Positions 24,597-37,845 of a stretch of DNA of 64,000 bases are shown here, one piece after another. The notes beneath the pieces are model-generated. The model saw nothing but the letters and a program-made list of their open reading frames with translations. It made no database searches and was not told the DNA's origin. Origin of the DNA: Tubulanus polymorphus. Taxonomy: Eukaryota > Animalia > Nemertea. Location: positions 31,636,688-31,700,687 of the forward strand of contig NC_134025.1 in NCBI RefSeq assembly GCF_964204645.1, in the 5' to 3' direction. Numbering within the stretch: the first letter of the stretch is position 1; every line of letters starts with the position of its first letter. The position numbers and the translations under genes are program-made.

Positions 24597-27500
24597 TTGC
24601 AGCGTTATAATACAGCACACATCAAACTGCATCAATCTCTAAACCTTATATGATTTATTTGATAAGTAGAAATCAGCTTACCCCATCCCCCTTACTCAAT
24701 CCCCCCTCACCCCTCGAGGCTACTGCTGTATCACTCTACAGCCTTCAATATCTATATCGATTGATCCCCCTCCCCACACCCCCTCACAACAGATCAACCT
24801 CTCATTTCAAATAATTCCGTCCGCTCAGAGACACAGCTATAAATATGAGAGTATCAGATATTTAACTCGTCTGAATTGTTAGATTTAATCCTAGTTGTTT
24901 AAATCCCTCTGATTTACCGGAATATAATCAGAGATTTCATATTCTCATTCGGGGAATAAAAATAAAGTAATATTTGATTTCTGTCGTTTAAAAAAAACGT
25001 CATTTGTTACCGATACAAAGAATACATTATTCATAGTCTGTTCCAAACCCCGAGGTGCTGAGCTTACTGCGGCACGTGAGTGAAATGACCCGTACACAAA
25101 TTCGTAAAACATACAAACACGTCACGTGATCGCTAATCGATTTAAACAGACAACAAAAAACTGTGCAGCAATCACTCGTGCGTGAGGTCACGTGACCTAC
25201 TCGCATTGTGACGTCATCGCGATGATGCCCACAGGTTCAGGGGGTATACACATCTAACCCTGACCCTCAAAGCTATCGGTTTACATCCCTTGCTAGTTTT
25301 GGATACTGAAACCAAGGAAGCAAAAATGACCAAACTGCAGATTGATTGAATCTGTCTCTCTTTAACGTGTTTGATACTGAAGCGAGCTCTAACCCTACTG
25401 TCGCTGCTTATACTACAACTTAGCGCCCCCTGGTTAAAATAAATTAGAAATATATCTATAGGTTAACTATATAATAATGTGAATCAACACAAATAGAATA
25501 TAATTAATTTATCATTGAGTTGAATCTAACATAGATTGTTTGACCGCTTTTTGGGCAGTGAACGACCTTGACCTTTCATTGTAAAATAGCGAATCGCTAT
25601 TAAGAGATTTGTTTGTAAAAAAGGTTGAAGTTAAATCGTCTGCTATCGGATTATATTCGCATCGTCGCCTCTGTATCAATCTCTCTCTCCGTCTCATTAT
25701 GTGTTGATAAAACTGAGGAAAAAACGATGCACAAATGTTTATCAAATATTCCGTCACTATAGAAACAAACCGGGACTAAAACATCGCCGAAATATTCTCT
25801 AATCTTCAATCGCTTTGTTTGTACGGATTTAAATTCGATCTGCAGAAAGTTGAAAGAGTGAATTCTTAAGTTTGTGAAACTGTATTTTAAGTTTGTTTCG
25901 CCTGATATTGAATTGTGTCTGGAGATTGTAAAGAGTCAGGGTTGTTACAATGGATACGCGTAGTTCCACAGTAGATGAGATGGGAGGAGGTTATTTGAAG
26001 GGGCCTCGGGGCCTCGCATTAATCCTCTATGACCGCTCGATTCATCTCAACACGGCAGCATATAACCCGATATTACTGAACGCCAGTGACCTTCACCTTG
26101 CACCACGATGACGTCACGACACCGAAAGGTATAGCTGCTTAGAGATGAATCTGAGACCCGATTAGAAAGACGCTTTTGAAGACGCTGTAATTCAAGGACG
26201 GAAGGAACGGACACAACACGGTTAAGTCAGAGAATGGCGAGTTTAGTAGTGTTTGATATGAGATATGATGAGAGAGGCGTTAGGGGCGTTTGGGGCGTTA
26301 GGGGCGTTAGGGGTTTAACGGCATTGGAAAAAATAATCCAGTTCAGAAAGATAAGCTACTCTTCGTACATCAGCGGACTGTCCAACTCTCTCTCACTGTA
26401 TAGATGGCTGGTCCTCTCTCACTCTGCCTCTGGTCCGATTCTTTCTCTCTCTTCCCCTCTGTACACGTCACTCTCAGGAGACAGTGTACATATTGTAGTC
26501 CTTTGGTCCAGTGTTGTCGTGTTGAGTCAGTGAGATGTTGTACTAATACCGTTACCTGAGGGCTTCAAATCTCAAACATCTATCACCAGATGTTTAATAT
26601 GCATCTTGATTCGAACCTTTGAACTTTTGATATAACATTCTCTAAACTCCAATCACAAAGAAAATACAGCAGTCGAATATCGCATATCTTAGTGTCTTAT
26701 ATCTCATGCATGTAAGAAGTTTTAGGGGCGAATTTCACGCTATATTTCTATAACCAGATGGTCAAGTGTTAATGGTCAAAACAAACTCTCCAGTCCAATG
26801 AATTAGTCAATATTGCGCTGTGTATTAATTGAGTATTTCACTTGTTATGATATAAACGCGAGCGAGGTCGAGCGGGGCTGAGCGGGCCGGGTGTTATTTA
26901 TATAGACCGAACTGGTTTCAATACCAGGTGGCCTCCCTACTGAGTATACACAACATTCCGCTCTCTCTCTCTTCTTATACTGTTCTAATTAAAATCACTC
27001 CCGCTAACTCTAGTCTCTGTTCCATCTCCATCTCGATCCTTTCTCTCTCCCTCAACTCTCTCCTAGTCCACCTCCTCTATCTCAACCTTCTCTCCTCTCT
27101 CCTTTCTCCTCTCCCCTCTCTCTTTCTCCTCTCCTTCCATCTCTCCTCTCTCTTTCTCTCCCCTCCTCTCTCTCTCCCCTCCTCTCTCTCTCCCCTCCTC
27201 TCTCTCCTCTCTCTCTTCATCTCCCTCCTCTCTCCCCTCCTCTCTCTCTCCCCTCCTCTCTCTCTCCTCTCTCTCTTCATCTCCCTCCTCTCTCCTCTTC
27301 TCTCTTCACCAGGCTAGAATAACATCTTTAACAATGACGTCATTATCGATAGATGGCGACACAAGACGGTGTTATAATTATTAATTAGATATGAACGCAT
27401 TGTTATCGCGACCCGAAAATAATGATGTTATCATCATCAATGCATCTTCAATGTTCATCGGAGCAGAATTTACAGCTAACTGACAGGAAATGGCACATCA

Positions 27501-27940
27501 CTAGTGGTATTAGAGAGGAGGGTTCTCTTTGGTTTCATCACGAACACAAATTATCGAAATTAGTTTTAATTATGAATGTCTCGCGGTGTGATCTATCACA
27601 TGCCTGATTACATACACTGATTATAACGCACCGATAAATAGTTCGTGAAGCTAGTGTTATTTCAGATCAGTTTTATGAGTTTCACTTTCAAATCAGTTCA
27701 TAATTAGACCTTTGATCTTCCGAGCTAAAATATATTGTTCAGAGTTTATGAAATTATTTCGAATCTGTGTTATGTCCTAGTTTTCCTAAAAATATATATT
27801 TTAATCGATAAATTGCCCTCCTAATCGCAGGTACATTTAGTATCATAGCGGGTATTGTTAGTGAAATAGAGTCGCCACACCTGACTGGTCACCAGTCAAC
27901 CACACTAACCGGACAAATTCCCCAACACTCTCAGTCACCA

Positions 27941-28100
27941 GAACTCTATGGTCTAGTGGTAGACACTCTGGTTTGGTACGTGAGAGACCCGAGTTCGAGT
28001 CTCAGCCGAGCTAGGGTTAGGGTTATGGTGGATGGAGCTAGGGTTAGGGTTACGGAGGACCTAGGGTTAGGGTTATTGTGGACCTAGGGTTAGGGTTATT
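27941..28100 (+). mobile_element. tRNA-derived (Pro/Gln-like) SINE-like element with a tail of four CTAGGGTTAGGGTTA blocks
   Basis: A box TGGTCTAGTGG (27949-27959) and B box GAGTTCGAGTC (27991-28001) are present, with a degenerate cloverleaf. Telomeric blocks start at ~28011, 28038, 28061 and 28084. Confidence 0.75.
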
Positions 28101-30098
28101 GTGTGGCTTGGTCTCTATATTTTGGTGCCCGAGGAAGCCGAGGTTTGCATTTTTTGAATAGAGTTCTGTTCACCGATCTCTCTATAGCTCCGTTGTAAAA
28201 CTTTCTTATAGGTTGCGTCTAAGAGTTAATCCTTCTAAATGCAGTAGTTTAATCCAGGGTTACGAGTTACTTCACTAATCCCTTCTGCTAAAAGAGTCGG
28301 GTTACACCGACCTCCTAGTGACAGGTATAGGCGATGATTGACAGAATAAATCTATTCCTGGATTAACGGATTCTAACTCAAGTATAATTGATCTGTTATA
28401 TAACAGACTAAATAGCGATAAATACCTGTCGGTAAACACACTAATCTAGGTCACATGTGCCTGTCAAAATAACGCGTTAATCTAGGCTACATGAGCCTGT
28501 TGAGTAACGCGTTAATCCTAATCAGGAAAAATCTACGGATTAAACTTACTTGGAAGAAAAGAGAATTAAATTCCTTACTGCGGTTTAAACGGAGTAACAA
28601 ATCTCGGTTTAATCGCTCCGTAATAAGATCTCGAAAATGACAGGTCTATAATGTAAAGTCTTATCGTATGTGTCAGGGTGATAAGTGTGTTTAGTGGTGG
28701 TTTATCAGTCAGTGTGATAAGCAGTTACCCTCCTACTGTGTTATTGATTTACTCTAACACTAAGTATATTTGCATGTAAATCTATTTAACACTCCAGGAG
28801 TAATATTTACTCTTTGAATTAGTGTCAGTCAAACTATACGCGATGAAGTAAAAGTCTCTGTTGTGAGGTGTATTATTTACTCCTCGTTTGTTGTTGAATT
28901 CTATTTTCTGCCACGTGTTTCATGTTTTACAAAGTTCTGTCGGATTTTGTTTGCGTTTCATGTTTTCTATGACCTGAACATTCTCTGCACAAACTCGAAT
29001 CAAATACAGATTTATCTAGTTTGAATTATTGTATTTACCCCCGATACAGAGCTGATCTAACATACGACTCGTAGCTTATGACCCAGAGAGATCGACTCCT
29101 CTCTATCTGATCAACTCGCTACTATCCACAGATTGCGACAAGAATCTTCTAACTAAAGTCTGTAAGTGTAAAACCCGCTATACAAAATTAAACAGATTCT
29201 TCGAATCTTCGAATTCTATTTATTAAGAATTAAAAACAAAATACACTGTGACGTTTCGAACTGTCAACAGATATCACACGTGACGACGATCTGTAGTAAG
29301 AGTTGTCACTGTCACTGTGTTCGGGCTACGTGACGATGATCTGTAGTGAGAGTTGTCACTGTGTTCGGGCTATGAATCAGTTCTATGTCTATCGTGAAGA
29401 TTTGTAAAGCTTTATGATGACAGATGTCCCTGGATGCGCGATACTCTAACCATTGACTGCCAGAGTCTGTGTCTGTCTGTGGGGTTAACGAGACCGTCAC
29501 TAATTATTGAGGCGGGGCTGACGCATTCTACCGAGCCATAACGGGCACGTGTCTTAACAATAAATTCGAACCCGGGACTCACCTACCAACACGTGTTAGC
29601 GATCAAGAAACCGATACCAGTAACTTGCACAGCTCGCATCTCTGATGTCCCGGGTTCGATTCCTCCCAGTAAACTCGCTATCAGAAGTCCCTCCTGTGCG
29701 CCTCATCCGCCCGAGTGTTAGCAATTAATAACCTTGACCCGGCGTGTCAGACGACACCTGTAATTAGTAACGCACTATAGCTCAGGTATTTCGCAATATC
29801 TTTTTTAATGTTACATTTATCAGAATGTTACCATAGTAACGAGAATTCCAGTACGGATTGTATGATTATAATGGTGTCACAAGCGGAGTGAGCGACAGTG
29901 TTACGGCTGCTGTCTGTCGCTGCTGTCGCTGCTGTCACTGTCTGTCAGTTTGTATTCGTTTACTTCGTTAAACCTTGTTTTATGAATTGGTAAAGAGAGG
30001 ATCATGTGACCAATTTACGAGAAAAGCCGTGATAATTCGAGATGTCTTTACAGTTCGATTTAGTATCGAATAACAATAGAAAACGTATCACTTTGCAT

Positions 30099-30400
<302 letters not shown>

Positions 30401-33400
30401 CCAGGTACTTACATCAACGTCCAACGCCCTTAAATTCTATATTTCCTGTTTAAACCGATACATTATTGACAAAATCAGAAAAAAAATCCTAAATGTCAAA
30501 AATACAAGGTAATGATTTAAACACGTAGACTGCATATAGAATATACCGGAGTAGTTTAATATCGATCGCCACTATAAACATATACATAAAAAATAAACAC
30601 CTATCGGTTATATTAGCCACCCGAGAGGACGATGACGTCATACCTGAGTGGATACAGCAGCGCGGTGGATAGACAGTTCCTCCTCAGTGGATACATGTGG
30701 ATACATTCTCTCAACGCGTTGATACACATTCCAGTCGAATGAGTTCCATATTAACGCGTCTATGCTGTAAACTCCTGCCACGTCCTTACTACAATTTTCT
30801 AGACGAATTGATAAATTTGTCAAGGTAGATTTGAGGGATTTGTGGTCGAATTCTCGCGGGGGGAAAACTAAATAATTGATGTACATTTGATAGAATGTAA
30901 AATCTGAGCGCCGAGAATAGACGACATCCTCCCTTCCCCCTCCCCCGATATAAAACAGCTATCAGCTATCCCTCCCTGCCTCTCCCACAACACATCCACA
31001 GTGTTTGAATGTTATTTGAACACTAGAATACCGGACGATATATCAATTGAAATATCAGAGCAAACGATTTTGAGATTTCACAATTGTCACAAAAGGTTCT
31101 AATGAGGTGAGCAGGTGAAACTCGACTGCCAGGGCAGGTGATGATACTATAATCAGATAATGATGATGATATTCAAGAGATGTCATTATGTTTGTAGATA
31201 GATATTTAATTTATCTTAAAGCTGGGCCCGATTACATATACAAGTTAAGACCAGTTTAAGTTCATCTTAGTTCTATAACCAATATTATGCTTGTATACCA
31301 ATTTAAGACCAGTCTAAGCTGATTTTAGTTCTATCTATGTGATGTTAAGACCAGTCTAGACTTCAATATCACAACAACAAGATTTAAAACCACTTTAAAC
31401 CACGACTGAATGAGTCCTGTTGTTGTATATCAGCGAGAAAACGTGGTAGTCATAGTAATATACGTGGTTGCTAGATGACCGGTGGATGCTGTGTTAAATA
31501 GACGACCATCTGTGTAATGCGGTCACCACGCCGTAACGTCATCACTAAGAGAAGAGAGAGAGAGATATTGTGTGCCGTGTGACCGTCTTAAAAACCGGCG
31601 TCTCCAACACTGACTAAACGCCTGCTCCAGAGACCCGCCCACCTAGTTAACGCTCTGAGTCTATTACAAAAATTACTGAATTGTCCTGGTCTGGTATTTA
31701 ACGGCGCTAGCTTAATGCCATTAAAGTTCTATTGTTAAAGCGAGTAAGGAGGACACTATTAATAGGAACTATTGAGACTCGCAACACGCAGAGCTAACTC
31801 ACGGTGTACTAAGGAACATATCGGACCCCCTGGTGTAGGAAGGCGTCGCTATGGCCCAATCTTGCTATGGGAATCCACCAGGCCACTAACAGTGGGTATC
31901 CTTCACCGTGTACTTCACAACTAACCATGTGTCCGACCAGTTTTATGTAAATGACCCCCGAGTGGGTTTAATTATCACAACTTAACAAATACGGCCCGTA
32001 CCCAGCTGTGCTTGAAATTGTCCTACCCAAACTTTGAACCTTGCTTAACCCCCGTCTAAACGACACGCATAGAGAATGCGGTTAAAATTCGCGATCGATA
32101 AAACCCATGCATGCAGGTATATTTTCACACCTCCAATTAGCGAGCGCGTCGTGACGTCACAATATGGCGGCAGCTGTGTTGATACAGAATTCACGGTCGA
32201 TTTATTTGAATGAAACCTCGTGACGATTCGATACCGGAGACTTGTACAGATTCTGCGCATTCAAAACCTCGTTACATAATTCCAATATGGCGTATTTATA
32301 GTCGCTTCCGGTGTATAAAAACATGACGTTTTGTGTGCAGAACATATTTACAGAAGTGCAATTATAATTCAATCAATAAATAGAATATCGATCGGTTTTA
32401 GAACGAGTCAATATTGATAAAACAGTTTGATGTTGACTCGAGTTAAATAGAAACCGGTTCGTAATTCATTCAATTAAAAACGTGTTTGAATCAAGAGTTT
32501 TAAAATGAGGAAAGGTTGAACTGCACTTTAGAAATAAACCTCCAACAGTCGCCGTTTCGTGGACAGGTTTCGAATGGTCTCTTCGTTTCGATCAGACAGT
32601 TTGTATTCCAAATACGTTCAGTCGAATTCTGCCCGAGTCTTGGTCTTTCGGTTGAAACCAAAAATTGACTTTTGTCTAATGTCTTATGTCAGTAGTAGTA
32701 GGGTTTGCGTGGAGACAAATAAAACCAAAACAATGATCAGACTCATGTCTCATGTCACTTGTCGTGTGTCGTATGTCGTATGCCTGGACCCAGGGTTTAA
32801 GCATCTATTGTAATCTGCTGCTCAGATGATGGCGGCCATATTGGATATTAAACTCGACACTAATGAAATCTGTTTCTCCGAGACACAACACGAGAGATTA
32901 ATAAAATCAATTAAGCTTAATTCGGCGAAAAGGATTAACATTGTGTCCAGTAAACATGCAGTATTCTATTGTCTGGGTACATAGCGTGTCGTAACGGATT
33001 ACTGTATGGACTAGTGTACACACTATAACACGGCTCCCAATAGCTATTACTCATCCATTACGCGGATATAGTGAAGCTTTTTACTGCACCAAACTATTAA
33101 CTTCCCTCTTCCCGATCGTAACTGTGTGAATAGAGGCAGATAATATTACATTATGAAACACTCAAAATGAGGAGACTTTCTAAAATCGTTGGCCCAATAA
33201 CAATAGACGTTACTAGTTACTATTCTCGTGGTTCGTAGTATCGGTAATAAATTCTATTAGATAGTGAATCATGCAGTCTCTTCACACTCAACACCACCAT
33301 CCCAGCCCGATTTTTTATCCTCCTCAATCTGCTGGTTTTTAGCTGCTATGAAATGATATTTTCATATTTCTGAACGTTTAGTAAATCGTGAGCTATTGCT

Positions 33401-33539
33401 TCTATTGCTACAGTCGATAAACTTCCGGTAATGGCGGCTTCTTCCGGTAATGGCGGTTTCATGCAATTTGATGTGAATCCTGATTGAATCTTATTAAACC
33501 AAACGTTTCTGATGTATGGATTGTCGACCACACTGAGGG

Positions 33540-33595
33540 TGTCCGTCCGTCTGTCCGTCCGTCCGTCCGTTCGTCCGTCCGTCCGTCCGTCCGTC
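33540..33595 (+). repeat. (GTCC)n microsatellite
   Basis: Directly visible. Confidence 0.93.
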
Positions 33596-33702
33596 GGCTC
33601 GAATATATAAATTAGATCATATATTCAATTTCCAGGATTGGGCGACCGTAAAACTAAATTAAACGTTTTTCGAGTTGAGGTGACGCAGAAATTATAGTGG
33701 AG

Positions 33703-33825
33703 GTTGTTGCAGACATTGCAGCTGCTGCTGCTGCTACTGTTGCAGACATTGCAGCTGCTGCTGCTGCTACTGTTGCAGACATTGCAGCTGCTGCTGCTGC
33801 TACTGTTGCAGACATTGCAGCTGCT
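33703..33825 (+). repeat. 33-bp unit x3.5 with an embedded (CTG)n
   Basis: TGTTGCAGACATTGCAGCTGCTGCTGCTGCTAC repeated. Confidence 0.93.
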
Positions 33826-34752
33826 CTTGAAAATGAAATATAGAATTCAACAATGAATTTTTTCATATTTACAGAACAAACGCGGTAGAGGGGAGGGAGA
33901 GGGGAGCGGGGAGCGGGGAGTGAAGAGAGGGGCGCATAGTCTGACTGTGTATCCACGAGTAGCGGTGATGGATGCAATCTGTGACGTGTGTAGAGTGCGG
34001 TTTGTGTTTGAAGTCACTGTTGCGGTGAAATGAACCGCGCAATAAAACGATTGACATCATCTCGCGGTGATTACATGACTTTTCATCGGTTCCGAGACAC
34101 CAGCACACGCGAGGAGCAACAGCGCATTTTACGGTGATTACACGACTTTTATCGTTCCGAGATACCGGTACACGCGAGGAGCAAACCTTTTACATCGGGC
34201 GGACACGCGAAAAGGAAACGGCCATATTTAATTACTATCAAATGATGGAAATAGCGTAATATTACTGGAGGCAACTTAGCAAATAAAAATGGGAACGATT
34301 CGCGTGTTAAAGATTTCAAACTTATCCGACGATATAAGAGCTTCGACATCCGTCATAAGTCTTTCTACCATCGACGAAATGACAGTCGATTTTCTACTTT
34401 CGGTCTTTGATTCGATGTAATCGTCTGCGTACATTCAAATAGTACACAATCAACAGTGTTCTAGGTAACATAACTGTAAAATCTATATACGTTCAGAAAA
34501 AACCATTTCCCTCGAAATGACTCGGAAATGATGGTAAAACCCCCGTAGACGGCCGCTCTAATGGAACCATTCGCTCTACTAATCTTACCTTTTATCGGTA
34601 AGCATCAAATAGTCAGAGATAAATGTGTGAGACGAGAGAGGTAAAATGGAAGGTAAGCTCGTGACTATCGTGTAATGTTAGACTGCAGAGTTTCAGTCAG
34701 TCACAGGGCGTTACCGGTCTAGTGTCACCCAGTATATACTAATTACACGTCT

Positions 34753-34980
34753 TACATCGACACCGTCCCTGGTTAGCGAGGTACATCGACACCGTCCCTG
34801 GTTAGCGAGGTACATCGACACCGTCCCTGGTTAGCGAGGTACATCGACACCGTCCCTGGTTAGCGAGGTATCCACACCGTCCCTGGTTAGCGAGGTACAT
34901 CGACACCGTCCCTGGTTAGCGAGGTATCCACACCGTCCCTGGTTAGCGAGGTACATCGACACCGTCCTTGGTTAGCGAGG
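34753..34980 (+). repeat. 29-bp minisatellite, 8 copies (two are 27-bp variants)
   Basis: TACATCGACACCGTCCCTGGTTAGCGAGG. Confidence 0.97.
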
Positions 34981-35248
34981 ATTGGACTATGGGATCAATA
35001 GGGCAAGTTTTGGATATGATTGGGCCTCACAGTAAGCCAGGGCGCTTTGGGCCTATAACTAGCCGCCATGTTTGCTGCTGCACTGGACGCTATTGGATTT
35101 TGATATTGCCAATTATTTCACTCATTTCTAGAGGAAGAACGTGTCTGCGGCAAGCGAGTATATGGGAGACAGATAACAGGTGCGCGATGGCTAATTAAGC
35201 GACCGTGCCCCTGATAATCAGCTGCTCCCTCTCTCCCTCTCTCTCCTC

Positions 35249-35281
<33 letters not shown>

Positions 35282-35796
35282 GATTTGTCGCTTCTGAGAA
35301 ATCACTTAATAAGCGCTGAGTCTTTTGAAGGAGGGTGACTTAACACTTCATTAGTGATACATCTTACAGTAAAGAGGATGCGACCTGTTAGCACGCGACA
35401 TGATGTACATAAACCAACACCACACCAGCAGCGGCAGCGGCAGCGGCGGCAGCAGAGTGTCAACTCTAATCGTATTCAGTAAAGAGAGGTTTTAAATCAG
35501 TGATATAGAGAGTAGAGAGGGGGAGATGTCTGAGGGGTCAAATGAGTAGGTTTAGTAGCAATCAGTCAATATGAACACCTGATCACACTAAGTACACACT
35601 GGTACTCTACCTACCCGGGGGGGGGGGGCAAGCGACTCCCACCAGAGTGGGGACGTGTAGCGCCCTCTAGCGGCGTGTGGGCAGGGGCGAGTGGGGCTCC
35701 AGTGTGGGCAGGGGCGAGTGGGGCTCCAATGTGGGCACTAACGATTGATTCCTGAATCTTTTTAGATATTGCGACATAATGTACTACTGCAACCCC

Positions 35797-35876
<80 letters not shown>

Positions 35877-35897
35877 TAAGTAAGTAAGTAAGTAAGT
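35797..35897 (+). repeat. Compound (CCAG)n(TAAG)n microsatellite
   Basis: Directly visible. Confidence 0.95.
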
Positions 35898-37389
35898 CAG
35901 CCATTCATGCATTCATTCTAAACTTTTCTTAACGAAGAAAATGATTTTATAAAATATTAATCTTCTTCAAGAAGAACTAGTTATTTTTTCACGATGTTCG
36001 ATGAAGAAATGAGCTGCAGGCTGAACATTGTCAACAAGTGCTCGGTAGGATGTAACCGGAAGTATAATATACAGACAACTGTCTTCTGATGAGACTTTGA
36101 AGTCGTCTGCTTCAGGCAACACACGAGTATCCTCATTACCTTGGATATCTCGGAGTAGAGAGATATGTATCCCGCGGACGTAACCGCAGTATGCGCGTTA
36201 CGATCAGACGCGCAGACGGTTATTAAAGTCTCTCCATGTTTCTACCTGGTGAGCGCGATCTAGCAGTAAAACTATTTGATGTTCGATCAAATCTTACAAA
36301 TTTATAAATATTAATATCGCATCTTTTTTATGCCGGTTTAACATGGAAATATCTCCGCAATAATTTCACAGAGGAAGTGCAGCTATTATATCCTTGCTCT
36401 GACGATAATCTAGAATAAAAAATGAAGTCCGAAATGTTTCCTTCAACAACGTTTCGACTAACGACTTTAGTTTAACGTATCTGATTTTATGATTTTATTC
36501 GACTATATCCTGAAAGTCATCTCCAGGATCTACTGTTGTTGTCCATTAAATGAAATACTCTGAATCCGTGTTGTAAATATAATAAAAAAACTTCACAATA
36601 CGAGTCCGAAATGTTTCCCAGAGCTATTGTAGTTAATACTACGTTTACCTCTAGTTTGTATCACATCTTATTCTTAATTATAGTCTATTTGTCCTGGAAT
36701 ATTTCTCATAACTCTCGTTTTACAATTAGTAACATTATGCAATCGACATTTCGACTATATTTTAATAGTCATCATCAGGAACATCAGGATGGAAAGGTCA
36801 GATGCACTGAAGTCATCTACAACTATCAGTTATAGATGAAATATCAAATCATTTGTTTGTTTTCTAACAGTGTCGAGATTCTCTCCATCCTAAATAAATC
36901 ATTATTTCAACATTATGGCAACTACTTTAGAAATGAATCTGTAAAAGCTATGTATAATTTGATTAAATTGCGAGTAATTGTGAGTGTTTAGTTCTCTGGA
37001 GAGGTTAATGCATCTAAATCGTGCCACTATTGTAGCAAAACTCATCAAAATATGAATTCATAGAAATAGTTAGTCTTATAAAACACACGAGCAAGTCGTC
37101 ACGCAATGTAAGGGCTAGGGTTAGAGGCCCCTGGTGCGAGTTGTTACTAAGGCTTTAACTCACAGCTGTTGAACCACTCCTCTCTCTACCTCTCTACGGG
37201 GGATAACGTCGTATGTCACACGTTTTCATTGTTGCGTTGCCATGATTACCACAAAAGACAGGATGCATTGTTGTAACAGGCGGTGTCAGGATTGTCCCCT
37301 CCCGCAGTAACATCACTATGAATATCACAATCTATCATTCAATAAACAATTATTACTCAAACGGTTTTAGTGACGCAACACAGCTGACA

Positions 37390-37845
37390 CATCACTCACT
37401 ACCTCATAACCCACCGGGGTCGTTGGAAATCCGCTGCACCGGCTGGCGGCTCCACTTGTGGTGGTTGTGGGGTAGCTTATCTCGGTCCATTCAGCGAGGT
37501 TGTCTGCTCAGTACTTCCTCGCATCTCCGCACAGTTCCTTGTTGTATGTTTTTGGAGAATCTACCTGATTTTGGCACATGCCCGTATCATCTATAATGCT
37601 TCCTCCTGTTACCTATGGTTTCAGTTGGTCGTTATAGTACCTTACTCATTGGTGATAGATTGTCGGTCCTGTTCATTGGCTGATGTGGTCCGTGTATGAG
37701 ATACCAGGAAGTCTTCTGAAGCCAGGATGCTCCTTGCTGCACAGTCCAGGATTCGCGTGCAGGAGAATGACCAGTGCATGCCGAACCCTTTACCTTGGAC
37801 CTGAGGGTGATATTTCGATCTCTCCAGATGGGACGCTTTGCCACT
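37390..37845 (-). mobile_element. Decayed 3' portion of an RTE-clade non-LTR retrotransposon (post-RT region of the ORF plus 3' UTR)
   Basis: Reading the minus strand across frameshifts gives KRPIWRDRNITLRSKVK / HALVILLHA / ESWT / FRRLPGISYTDHIS / NEQDRQSI / RKHYR*YGHVPKSGRFSKNIQQGTVR / ADNLAEWT. This matches the motif order typical of RTE elements (IW..I..K.., LY.CESWT, RILGISY.DH.TNE, RKL.W.GHV, ILQG.V, W.DNI.EW). Confidence 0.85.

Noticed and set aside
27941-28012. Functional tRNA gene
   Set aside because: The acceptor, anticodon and T stems contain mismatches, there is no oligo-T terminator, and the sister copy diverges in the anticodon arm.
28011-28098. True telomere or chromosome-fusion scar
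   Set aside because: The blocks are only 2.5 repeats long and embedded in a dispersed element, with no long or head-to-head arrays.
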